Origin: Chamaesiphon sp.
Lineage (GTDB): Bacteria > Cyanobacteriota > Cyanobacteriia > Cyanobacteriales > Chamaesiphonaceae
Direction: 5' to 3'
DNA length: 64,000 bases
NCBI GenBank assembly: GCA_965246715.1
Contig: CBDFFH010000037.1
Coordinates: 64,001 to 128,000, forward strand
In this document: piece by piece, positions 31,260-40,507 of the stretch
Layout of the letters: every line of letters starts with the position of its first letter
Position numbering within the stretch: position 1 is the first letter of the stretch
Notes under the pieces: generated by a model
Seen by the model: only the letters and a program-made list of their open reading frames with translations
The model's database searches: none
Told to the model about the DNA's origin: nothing
Translations under genes and position numbers: made by a program

Positions 31260-31931
31260 ATGATGTCTCAAATTCAACTTTATAGTGCAATTCTCTGTCC
31301 TTTTGCCCACCGAGTGCGGTTAACCTTGCTAGAAAAAGGTGTTCCCTTTGAGTCGATTGAAATCGACCCCCAAAATAAGCCTGCTAACTTCCTCGAAATT
31401 TCTCCTTACGGCAAAGTGCCCGTCCTCAAACATGGCGATAACTGCGTCTGGGAGTCTGCGATCGTTAATGAATATCTAGAGGAAACCTTTCCCGATCCGC
31501 CACTGTTACCCACAGAGCCGATCCAGCGGGCACAGGCGCGCATTTGGATTAATTTTGCCGATACCCGCTTGTTTGCTACTACCGGAAAGCTGCTGCACGG
31601 TCGCGATTCACACCCAACGGCGTTATTAACCGAACTGACCGAGCATTTACTGTTTATGGAGCATGAGGGTTTGGGTAAACATCCCGCTAGTACGCCCTAC
31701 TGGCTGGGGACGGGGCTGAGTCTGGTCGATTTGACTTTTTACCCTTGGTTCGAGCAATTAGCCGTGCTGGAGCATTTCCGAGGCTTTGGGTTGCCATCTG
31801 GACTAGATCGACTTCAGGAGTGGCAAGCCGCAGTAGCCCAGCGGGAATCGGTGAGATCGATCGCCAATTCGCCAGAATTTTATCTCGAACACTATGGGCG
31901 ACTGGCTCAAATGATGTTCGATCGCCAGTAA
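31260..31931 (+). CDS. Glutathione S-transferase
   Basis: CPFAHR, GKVPVL, WES. Confidence 0.92.
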   Translation: MMSQIQLYSAILCPFAHRVRLTLLEKGVPFESIEIDPQNKPANFLEISPYGKVPVLKHGDNCVWESAIVNEYLEETFPDPPLLPTEPIQRAQARIWINFADTRLFATTGKLLHGRDSHPTALLTELTEHLLFMEHEGLGKHPASTPYWLGTGLSLVDLTFYPWFEQLAVLEHFRGFGLPSGLDRLQEWQAAVAQRESVRSIANSPEFYLEHYGRLAQMMFDRQ

Positions 31932-31990
31932 CTCGAACAGATTAAATTTGAGAAGCTGAGTAACACCTATCCTCGATCGACTTTAATACA

Positions 31991-32662
31991 ATGGCCTTTG
32001 AATTCGACCATCTATTTATCTGTACGGACATTGGTGCTCCAGAAGCCGATCTTCTAGTATCGCTCGGTTTAGTGGAGGGGAGATCGAACACCCATCCTGG
32101 GCAAGGCACGGCCAATCGCTGTTTCTTTTTCCGTAACGCGATGTTGGAATTTCTATGGGTTTGCGATGCTGAGGAGGCAAGATCGGCGCTAATTCGCCCG
32201 ACTCATCTGTGGGAGCGATGGGTAAATCGGCAGAGTGGGGTGTGTCCATTTGGAGTCTGTCTGCGTTCGACGACACCCGATGGTGACAGCATTGCATTTC
32301 CTAGTTGGGCATATCGTCCACCTTATTTGCCCGAACCATTAAGTATCGCGGTTGGTACGAATAGCGACGTGCTAACCGAGCCGATGCTGTTCCAGACTCC
32401 ATTCGGTCAACGTCCCGATCGATCTTCTACCGAAAAGGCACAGCCGCTAGAACACCCTATTGGTTGGCAGGAAATAACTCGCGTAGAACTGGTCAGTCCT
32501 GCGGCAGATCGTCCGTCACCAGCATTGCAAGCAGCCATCGATACCGATCGACTCAGGCTGCGAGTAGGGCGAGAATATTGCGTGGAGCTTGGGTTCGATC
32601 GAGAGATCCAGGGAAATCGGGTGGATTTTCGGACTGAATTACCTCTAGTTGTAAATTGGTAG
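31991..32662 (+). CDS. Glyoxalase-like (VOC) protein
   Basis: FDHLF, HPGQGTAN, LEFL. Confidence 0.8.
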   Translation: MAFEFDHLFICTDIGAPEADLLVSLGLVEGRSNTHPGQGTANRCFFFRNAMLEFLWVCDAEEARSALIRPTHLWERWVNRQSGVCPFGVCLRSTTPDGDSIAFPSWAYRPPYLPEPLSIAVGTNSDVLTEPMLFQTPFGQRPDRSSTEKAQPLEHPIGWQEITRVELVSPAADRPSPALQAAIDTDRLRLRVGREYCVELGFDREIQGNRVDFRTELPLVVNW

Positions 32663-32669
32663 AATCGCC

Positions 32670-33206
32670 ATGCAAATATACGAACCACTGGAGAAACCAA
32701 AGATATTTATAGCGGTTCCCACAACCACAGAGCAACTGGATCGAGTGCGTACCTTGATGCGCTCCTTGATTGTCTGGCACCGCCACCGCTATGTAGAGGA
32801 TATAAAACTCATCGATGAGTACTTTGATGCACCTGCGTTTGAGGAAGAACTCGCCTCTCTACCGGGCAAGTATGCCCCGCCACATGGAACGCTCCTGCTT
32901 GCGCTCCATGAAGATCTTCCGGCTGGCTGTGTGGCAGTGCAGGAAATCGATCCTCATACCTGCGAAATGAAGAAAATGTTTGTCTACACGCATCTACGCG
33001 GCAAAGGTGTTGGCAGAGCATTGGCACAAGCATCGATCGATCGTGCCCGTGCGATCGGATATCAATCCATGCGCCTAACCACTGGCTTCCGACAATACGA
33101 GGCAAAGGCTCTCTATCATAGCTTAGGCTTCAGAGTCATCGAGCCGTATTACGAATTGCCTGAGAAATTGCGGAACTGGGTTGTATTCATGGAGTTGAAT
33201 CTTTAA
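32670..33206 (+). CDS. GNAT acetyltransferase
   Basis: CEMKKMFV, RGKGVG, ALYHSLGF. Confidence 0.9.
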   Translation: MQIYEPLEKPKIFIAVPTTTEQLDRVRTLMRSLIVWHRHRYVEDIKLIDEYFDAPAFEEELASLPGKYAPPHGTLLLALHEDLPAGCVAVQEIDPHTCEMKKMFVYTHLRGKGVGRALAQASIDRARAIGYQSMRLTTGFRQYEAKALYHSLGFRVIEPYYELPEKLRNWVVFMELNL

Positions 33207-33351
33207 CCATCAACACTCAAAAAGCCAGCCGAATCGTGTCGAGTAATGATGTTCGACCTGCCAAGGCAGCGCTTCGCTATCGCAACACTGAAAAAATCTT
33301 AACCCTGAAGACCTACCAATTCAAACTTAGCCCAAATAATCGAGGCATGAT

Positions 33352-34002
33352 ATGAAAACTACAGCAGTTGAAGACGTTTTAAACTTTTGGTTCCCCAGCC
33401 TACCAGATGGCGATCGCACAGCACGAGTGCGGCAGTTCGATTGGTGGTTTCGTGGCGGTGGCGATGCCGAGATCGTCGCACGTTTTTCACCCCTATTAGA
33501 ACGCGCGATCGCAGGCGAACTCGATGATTGGAAACGGGAGCCGCGATCTCGACTCGCGCTGATTCTGATTCTCGACCAGTTTTCGCGGACGATCTATCGG
33601 GGTACCGATCGAGCATTTGCCCAGGATGAAACAGCCCGCGCCCTGACAATCTCAGGCATCGAACTCGGTCACTATACCGCGCTGGAAACCCCTTGGGAGA
33701 AAACTTTCTTCTTTCTGCCGCTGGGTCATGCCGAGCAGATCCAACACTTAGAACTGTCAGTCCAACTAGCAGATGCTTTAGTGGATGAGTCCCTACCAGA
33801 GTATAGATCGTTGCTAGAATTTTCCGCCGCTCAAGCTCGCCGCCAGCGCGATGTTGTCGCTCGGTTTAGTCGTCAGCCCCATCGCAATGATGTACTGGGA
33901 CGGATCTCGACCCCCGCCGAACTAGAATATTTAGCGATCGGACAGCTCGTACACAAGCACCCATTTCCACCCGATCTCGCACAATTTCTGATTCAGCATT
34001 AG
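33352..34002 (+). CDS. DUF924 family protein
   Basis: LNFWF, LDQFSR.IYR, PLGHAE, PHRN..LGR.ST. Confidence 0.9.
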   Translation: MKTTAVEDVLNFWFPSLPDGDRTARVRQFDWWFRGGGDAEIVARFSPLLERAIAGELDDWKREPRSRLALILILDQFSRTIYRGTDRAFAQDETARALTISGIELGHYTALETPWEKTFFFLPLGHAEQIQHLELSVQLADALVDESLPEYRSLLEFSAAQARRQRDVVARFSRQPHRNDVLGRISTPAELEYLAIGQLVHKHPFPPDLAQFLIQH

Positions 34003-34024
34003 TTCTTTGAAAAGTTGCTAAAAT

Positions 34025-34459
34025 TTACAATGTTACGTTGCCCTGGACATTACCAATGGCATTACCATAGTTTTGCCCAATGACTTGATTTAGATTCCCC
34101 ACCACATTCTGGACAATTTGCGTGCCAGACATACCTTCTATTTCTGCTGCTAAAATTTGCGCGATCGCATCAGCTAATTCTGGATCTTCATCGATCGATT
34201 TTTTCAATTGCACTTTTAATGCGGCTTGATAATCGGCATCATCTGGACGATCGATCGCATCGGTGACAGCTTCTAAAAGGGCTGGTTTGGCTTCGACTTT
34301 GGGACTGAGTTTCGCCCAGATATCTTGGGCTTTTTTCCAGCCAGCTTCACCAAATTTGCCCACCGCACTTTCTACTGCTTTGTCCGTAGCTTTTTTACCC
34401 AGTTGGGTAAGATAGGGCAAAAATGGTGTGATAAAAGCTGTCAATGTAGCAATATCCAT
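34025..34459 (-). CDS. Bell-domain-like effector with a C-terminal amyloid-like signalling motif
   Basis: N-terminal amphipathic helix MDIATLTAFITPFLPYL; helical body (W.KA..IW.KL, L..QL.K...ED..LA); tail QNVVGNLNQVIGQNYGNAIGNVQGNVTL. Confidence 0.75.
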   Translation of the reverse strand: MDIATLTAFITPFLPYLTQLGKKATDKAVESAVGKFGEAGWKKAQDIWAKLSPKVEAKPALLEAVTDAIDRPDDADYQAALKVQLKKSIDEDPELADAIAQILAAEIEGMSGTQIVQNVVGNLNQVIGQNYGNAIGNVQGNVTL

Positions 34460-34516
34460 TCGATCTTCTCCTCGATAATGTTGGCTTTCTGATATTTTAG
34501 TGGGTGGAGATCTGTC

Positions 34517-34681
34517 CTATCCCCAAAGTCTTTGAATGGGATAAGCATCCATTTGGGTGTCTTGGCTGATGAAGGATAGAGAATGGTTCATAGCTTGGGC
34601 AATGAGAATCCTGTCAAAGGGATCGCGGTGATGGAGGGGTAGGGCGAGGTATATTTCCAAATCTTTGAAGGTGATGGGCAG
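34517..34681 (-). pseudogene. C-terminal fragment of a PIN/VapC toxin
   Basis: LPITF..LPLHHRDPFDRILIAQA..DAYPIQRLWG; N-terminal part missing. Confidence 0.75.
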
Positions 34682-34894
34682 TTAATCTTGGAGATCTTCT
34701 AAGGGCGCATCGAAGTCATCAGCCATGACAAACATCCCTTTCATGGTTCCAGCTTGGCGATATTTTTGGGGTGGGGTGGCTGGGGGTGAGGTTTGGGTGT
34801 ATTTAGTGGCAAGGTATTCGGCGTAGTTGAGGATTTCTGTTTGGATATCTGGGGGGAGTTTATCGAGGGTGGCAATAAGTTGAGGGGAAATCAT
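34682..34894 (-). CDS. DUF2281-type antitoxin
   Basis: LP...Q.E.L.Y.EYL..K; R.AG.MKG...MADDFDAPLED. Confidence 0.8.
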   Translation of the reverse strand: MISPQLIATLDKLPPDIQTEILNYAEYLATKYTQTSPPATPPQKYRQAGTMKGMFVMADDFDAPLEDLQD

Positions 34895-35086
34895 GTTTTT
34901 TCTCTTGGGGTAACGGGTGGAATTTGGTGGGAAGTAAAATATGGAATATTGTATTATTTTAATGGTTACAATATCATCGCAACAAGAATTATTAAACGTC
35001 TTTTGATAGTTATTTTGCGTGATATTATTTCTCTATATTAATTGTTGTCTATATCTTAGCGATAATTCGAGCAGGGCTTACAATTT

Positions 35087-37909
35087 TTATCTAGATATGA
35101 GGGTTAAAAGCAAAAAAAATGAGCTAATTCCAAAAATTATTATTGACATGATAGATACTTTAGCCGATCTGAATTTTTGTTGATTTTGAGCATTTTCTAA
35201 CCATACTTCTGTCTCCTTGTATTCTGCTACACCTTTTGGTAATTTGATTAATGATTCCTGCCAAAGAGAGATCGCTGTATCCAGTTGACCTTGCTGTTCG
35301 TGAAGAAAACCTAGTTTGCCCAATGTTTGAGTCTCTCCATATTTATTTCCCAATTCCTGTTTGATGGTTAAACTTTGCCGAAAATATTTAATCGCCTTAT
35401 TCCATTGATGCTGAGAACCGTAAACAACACCTAAATTATTAAGGCACATACCTTCCCCATTGCGATCTCCTAATTCCCTGAAAATTTCTAAGCCTTGGTG
35501 ATAAAGTTCGATAGCGTCATCCCATCGAGATTGATAGTCATAAACCATTCCTAAATTATTCAATGATTGACCTTCTCCTTGTTTATTACCTATTTCTCTG
35601 TCAATAGTCAAACTTTGCTGGTAATATTCAATCGACTCGTCCCATAGACTCTGAGAACGGTACAATGTGGCAAAATTTGCCAATGTTTTACTTTCACCAT
35701 ATCTATCGCTAAATGCTCGAAAGATAATTAAGCTTTGTTTATAGCACTCAAAGGCTCTACCCCATTGATTCTGGTTATTGAACACCATTCCCAAAGCGAC
35801 AAGAGATTGACCTTCCCTCTGTCTATCTTTCAATTCTTGACTAATAATTAGACTTTCTTCATAACATTGTTTTGCTTCATCCCATCTATTTTGAGATTGG
35901 TATGTATTACCTAAATTAATAAGAGATCCACTCACATTATGCCAATAACCCAATTGTCTATAAATGGCTAAACTTTTATGACAAGAATCGGTTGCTTTGT
36001 CCCACTGGCTTTGGGCTTCAAATACTGCACCCAATTGATCGAGAGCTGAAGCTTCAGCTCCCAGATCGCTAAAATCCTGTGAGATGGTTAAACTTTTCTG
36101 ATAATAACCAATTGCTCTGTCCCATTGACTCTGAAAAAGGTATACACCACCCAGATTATTGAGGGACAAAGATTCGCCATGCCAATTGCCAATTTTCTGA
36201 TTAATTATCAAACCTTGCTGCAAATAATCAATCGCCTTATCCCATTGACATAAAGATCTATAAACAACGCCCAAGTTATTAAGAACTGCACCTACCCTAT
36301 CCAGATCTCCACACTCTCGAAGGATACTTAAAGATTGCTGATAACAGTCAATTGCCTCACTCCATTGACACTGAGAACGATATAAAATCCCTAGGTTATT
36401 TAGGGTTATGCCCTCACTATGACTATCTCCTACTTTTTCTGCGGCTAACATAGCTACCAAGCAGATCTGTTCGTAATCATACCAATAAGACCTATCTTTG
36501 CAGAAAATCAATAAGTTGGTCACAAAAAATACAACTACATCCCAGCGTTCTGCATTTTTTGCCCAATAGATTGCACTCAATAACTGCTGTCGCTCTTGCT
36601 CAAACCAACCGAGCGCACATAGGAATAAATACTGTTCATCAAAATCAGTGCTAACCTCATTACTATCGACCCATTGCTGCACCATCTGATGACGTTCGAC
36701 TGGACGTAAATAAGTGTCCATCATCTTAGATTGTTGACAACCCCAATCAACGATTTTTTGTCTAATCTCTTCCTGCTGCTCCAAAGAAATAGATTCTGCC
36801 AACTTCTCCCGTGCAAATAACCGCAGTAAGTCATGAAAACGATAACGCCGATCGAGATTAGCCTCCAATAACTGAGCATCGATTAACCGCTCGATGCTAT
36901 CGATTACCGGACGATCCGAATCATGCACCACCGCCGCCAAATCTTCCCCAAAATCTTTTCCTACCAGTATCCCCAACTTCCCAAACAGCAACCCATCTGC
37001 TACTGATAACTCCCGATAGCTCAATTCAAAACTCGCCCTTACCGACAAATCGCTTAACTGCAATCGTTCCAATCGCTCTCTTTCATCGCTTAATTTCTGA
37101 CTATATTCTGCCAAGCTCCAATGGCGTTTCGATTTCAACGTACCACCTGCAATCAGAATCGCCAGCGGCAATCCATCACAGAGTCGTAAAATCTCTGCCG
37201 CTGCTTGGGCTTCGGCTTCCAGTCGCGTCATCCCAATCGATTTTGCCAGCAAATTTCTTGCGTCATCCGCACTCAAAACTTTCAGGAGAATACTCTGTGC
37301 CGCTAATGCCCCCAGCACTCGCCGACTGGTAATAATGACCGCACAACCATTTCCTGGCAATAAAGGACGCACCTGAGCCTCATCTTGGGCATTATCCAAC
37401 AACACGATCGATCTTTTGCCAGCCAATTGAGAGCGATAGAGGCGGGAACGTTCCTGTAAATCGCGAGGAATACTCGACTCGTCCAATCCAAACGCCCGCA
37501 GGAACCCTGCTAAGACTTCGGCTGGATCTAAACCATCCCCATCGGCTCCCCGCAAATCCACATACAACTGCACGTCTGGAAAGTCGGATTCAGCCAACTG
37601 CTGCGCCACATGAATTGCTAGGGCAGATTTGCCGACACCTGCCATTCCCGATATTGCTACTGATGTTCCATCGATCGATAGTTGGCGGATAGTTTGGATA
37701 TCGGTTTCGCGCCCAGTAAAGTCAATATCTAATGGTAACTGGTGCAGTGATAAAAATTTGGGTTGCTGGCTCAGGTAAACATTGCCCTCAACATTGCCGA
37801 AAGCGTTGCCATAGTTCCGATCGATCGACTGATTGCGATCGCCGTTAACACTTATAGAATTTAACGGATCGCTACTGGAGCCAGATGAACCAGACATATA
37901 CTCATCCAA
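35087..37909 (-). CDS. NB-ARC-TPR NLR-like protein with N-terminal amyloid-like motif and C-terminal TM helix (start may be ATG 37897)
   Basis: GMAGVGKS, LLDN, GLPLA, FHDLL; about ten TPRs; N-terminal ISVNGDRNQSIDRNYGNAFGNVEGNVYL. Confidence 0.92.
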   Translation of the reverse strand: MDEYMSGSSGSSSDPLNSISVNGDRNQSIDRNYGNAFGNVEGNVYLSQQPKFLSLHQLPLDIDFTGRETDIQTIRQLSIDGTSVAISGMAGVGKSALAIHVAQQLAESDFPDVQLYVDLRGADGDGLDPAEVLAGFLRAFGLDESSIPRDLQERSRLYRSQLAGKRSIVLLDNAQDEAQVRPLLPGNGCAVIITSRRVLGALAAQSILLKVLSADDARNLLAKSIGMTRLEAEAQAAAEILRLCDGLPLAILIAGGTLKSKRHWSLAEYSQKLSDERERLERLQLSDLSVRASFELSYRELSVADGLLFGKLGILVGKDFGEDLAAVVHDSDRPVIDSIERLIDAQLLEANLDRRYRFHDLLRLFAREKLAESISLEQQEEIRQKIVDWGCQQSKMMDTYLRPVERHQMVQQWVDSNEVSTDFDEQYLFLCALGWFEQERQQLLSAIYWAKNAERWDVVVFFVTNLLIFCKDRSYWYDYEQICLVAMLAAEKVGDSHSEGITLNNLGILYRSQCQWSEAIDCYQQSLSILRECGDLDRVGAVLNNLGVVYRSLCQWDKAIDYLQQGLIINQKIGNWHGESLSLNNLGGVYLFQSQWDRAIGYYQKSLTISQDFSDLGAEASALDQLGAVFEAQSQWDKATDSCHKSLAIYRQLGYWHNVSGSLINLGNTYQSQNRWDEAKQCYEESLIISQELKDRQREGQSLVALGMVFNNQNQWGRAFECYKQSLIIFRAFSDRYGESKTLANFATLYRSQSLWDESIEYYQQSLTIDREIGNKQGEGQSLNNLGMVYDYQSRWDDAIELYHQGLEIFRELGDRNGEGMCLNNLGVVYGSQHQWNKAIKYFRQSLTIKQELGNKYGETQTLGKLGFLHEQQGQLDTAISLWQESLIKLPKGVAEYKETEVWLENAQNQQKFRSAKVSIMSIIIFGISSFFLLLTLISR

Positions 37910-38049
37910 ATCGATCGTCCGATCGAGAATATTACAACAATTATAGCTTAACCAAAGTTCTCAGTTACTAGCTCAACGACTGAAATTATTTTACTCGCTT
38001 ACTAATTACTTTTTTTAATCGGAATAATCTAACAATTACGATCGACATT

Positions 38050-38127
38050 TCCGATCTTTTCCGATCGTCAATAGAAGATCTTCTCCGATCTTTTCTGGCT
38101 GTCAAACCAGATGGGGACAGATATTCT
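38050..38127 (+). promoter_or_regulatory. Conserved 78-bp operator/promoter element, copy 4
   Basis: Same architecture and spacing as copy 1. Confidence 0.8.
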
Positions 38128-38224
38128 AGAAATATGGATCGGAACCGATCGGGGCAACGCCGCCAACGCTATCAATTTAAACCCCTCGAATTCAAACAAA
38201 TATAAATAAAGGAATGCAACTATT

Positions 38225-40483
38225 ATGTACCGCTGGATTCAGGGTACGGTAGTTTTGTGCTGCTCGATCGCACTATGCGAGCTACCCACCTTCGCACAAC
38301 TACCGCCTAAACCAATTAATAATTCAACCTCAACGCCATCAGTTATTACCCTCAAGTCAGGGGAAATATTGCGCGTAAAAGTCGATCGATTGCCAGCTCA
38401 AACAGAAATTGCTGTATTTCTAGGCGATCTCGATATCACTTCTCAAATCCAACGAGAAGGACAAGAATTAGTATACGAATCTACTCTTTTACCTCTACCG
38501 ATCGGGGAGCAAACACTTACAGTTTATCGCACCACCACACCCGATCGCTGGGAATCGATCGCGACTTTCTCTGTTAAAATCGCACCCAGCCAAAGCCAAG
38601 CAGCCACAACCGAATCTGGTAAATCCCCCACGGCAACCCCAGCACCATTACCCAGCCCTGAACCATCATCTAAACCTGACTCGGTTCCTACCAATCCGAG
38701 CGATTCTAAATCTCCAACTACGACTACACCCTCGCCAGCAGGATCGACACCCGCAACTATACCCCCCGAAACCCCCATTGGGTTCAACACCAAACTCAAT
38801 GTCAACATCAAATCTCAACTAGCCGAATCCCGCAGCCCCGATGCGGGTGTTTCGCCGCGCCCCACATTCCTAGATGCCGCCTTCACTGGCGAACTATCCG
38901 CCCTGTATCCCATCGGTACGGGCAAATTACAAGGTAAAGTTAACCTCGTCGGAACCACCTTCAAACCGGAAGCCCTCCGCTTTAACGAACTCCAAGAACG
39001 CGCCTCCCTTATCGATCTTAGTGCCTACTCGATCGATTTTACCAATGGCGATAATAAGGTGGCAATCGGTAATGTTTGCTTTGGCAACAATCCCTTACTC
39101 GTCAGTAATGTCTGTACGCGGGGAGTAACAGCTAATCTCAAACTTAATAATTTCGCCGATCTCAGTATCGGACATCTCAGCACCACCGCGATCGTCGGTT
39201 TCGATAATATTTTGGGGACAGGAGAGGATAAAAACAATCTCACTGGAGCTACCCTCGGCATCCAAGTAGCGAATAATGCCGCTGGCGGCGTGCGATTAGA
39301 AACTACCGTGATGAATGGTTCTCGTTTACCCATCGCCAATTTCAATGTCGGTGAAGTCGTCGATGCCGAAGCCAGCGATGGGATCGGCATCCGAGTCACC
39401 GCTGCTAACGATAACGGACGCTGGAAAGCCGATGCGGGCTTTGCCCGCAGTACCTTTACGGCGGGAGGAACTAACGATCCGCAACTCACAGACGGTACCA
39501 ATGCGGTAGCCCTCCAACCCGTAACTAAAAATGCTTGGTATGCCGAAACTAGCTACGACATTCTCAAGGATGTCAAACTAGATGATAAGCGCAATTTATC
39601 TCTCTCTGCCAATATCAAACTGGAACAGACAGATCCTCAATTTGGGACGCTCGGCGCAACTGTCAATGCCGACAGGTTGCAAGCTCAGTATGACATCAAT
39701 GCCACGATCGCGGGTGCTAATATTCAATTTCAGCATACTAACTCTGAAGATAATATTGCTAATCTTCCCAATCTTTTAAAGACTAGAAATAATAGCGATA
39801 CTATTAGCTTAAATGTACCGTTGCAGTCAGTTTTACAGAACAACAGCTCATTACTACCCACGATTTCCTACAGTTATCAACAAACCGCTCAGAATGGTTC
39901 GATTGTAGCTGCTGCGAATGGAGATTTTGCAGACCCATCCAAAATCCCCAGTCAAATTAATAATACTCAAGAAATTGGACTGGGATGGAAATTTTCTGAC
40001 GCATTATCATTCGATTATAAATTTAGTAATACTTTTCAGGACAATCGCCAACAGGGACGCGAACAGGCTGACTTTCATAATATCAGTCATCAATTCTCAG
40101 TCGGTTGGCAACCCAGTCAACAACTAAGATTTAACTTAGGCTATAACTTTACCAATGCCCAAAATATCGAACGCCAAATTACGCGGTTTACCCAAAGTCC
40201 GACCTTTGGGGTAAGTTGGGAATTCGTCCCCGATGTCACATTAGCCATTAATTACAATTTTAATAATGACTCTGATTCGATCGGCGAATCTTTGACTCGA
40301 TCGAATGCTCTAGATTTACTCCTAACTTGGAATTTTAAAACTAATACTTTCGGTCGCGAAAATCCTGGTAGCGTCTTCCTCCGTTACAGCAATCAATCGA
40401 ATCTTAATAGTAGTTCGATCGGCAATATCAACACCGATTCAACAATCAATACGATCAGCACAGGCATGAGTCTAAGTTTTTAA
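38225..40483 (+). CDS. Putative outer-membrane beta-barrel protein with Pro/Thr linker
   Basis: Signal peptide, alternating amphipathic strands, terminal Phe (GMSLSF). Confidence 0.7.
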   Translation: MYRWIQGTVVLCCSIALCELPTFAQLPPKPINNSTSTPSVITLKSGEILRVKVDRLPAQTEIAVFLGDLDITSQIQREGQELVYESTLLPLPIGEQTLTVYRTTTPDRWESIATFSVKIAPSQSQAATTESGKSPTATPAPLPSPEPSSKPDSVPTNPSDSKSPTTTTPSPAGSTPATIPPETPIGFNTKLNVNIKSQLAESRSPDAGVSPRPTFLDAAFTGELSALYPIGTGKLQGKVNLVGTTFKPEALRFNELQERASLIDLSAYSIDFTNGDNKVAIGNVCFGNNPLLVSNVCTRGVTANLKLNNFADLSIGHLSTTAIVGFDNILGTGEDKNNLTGATLGIQVANNAAGGVRLETTVMNGSRLPIANFNVGEVVDAEASDGIGIRVTAANDNGRWKADAGFARSTFTAGGTNDPQLTDGTNAVALQPVTKNAWYAETSYDILKDVKLDDKRNLSLSANIKLEQTDPQFGTLGATVNADRLQAQYDINATIAGANIQFQHTNSEDNIANLPNLLKTRNNSDTISLNVPLQSVLQNNSSLLPTISYSYQQTAQNGSIVAAANGDFADPSKIPSQINNTQEIGLGWKFSDALSFDYKFSNTFQDNRQQGREQADFHNISHQFSVGWQPSQQLRFNLGYNFTNAQNIERQITRFTQSPTFGVSWEFVPDVTLAINYNFNNDSDSIGESLTRSNALDLLLTWNFKTNTFGRENPGSVFLRYSNQSNLNSSSIGNINTDSTINTISTGMSLSF

Positions 40484-40507
40484 ACACTATCCCCTATCCC
40501 CTAAACT

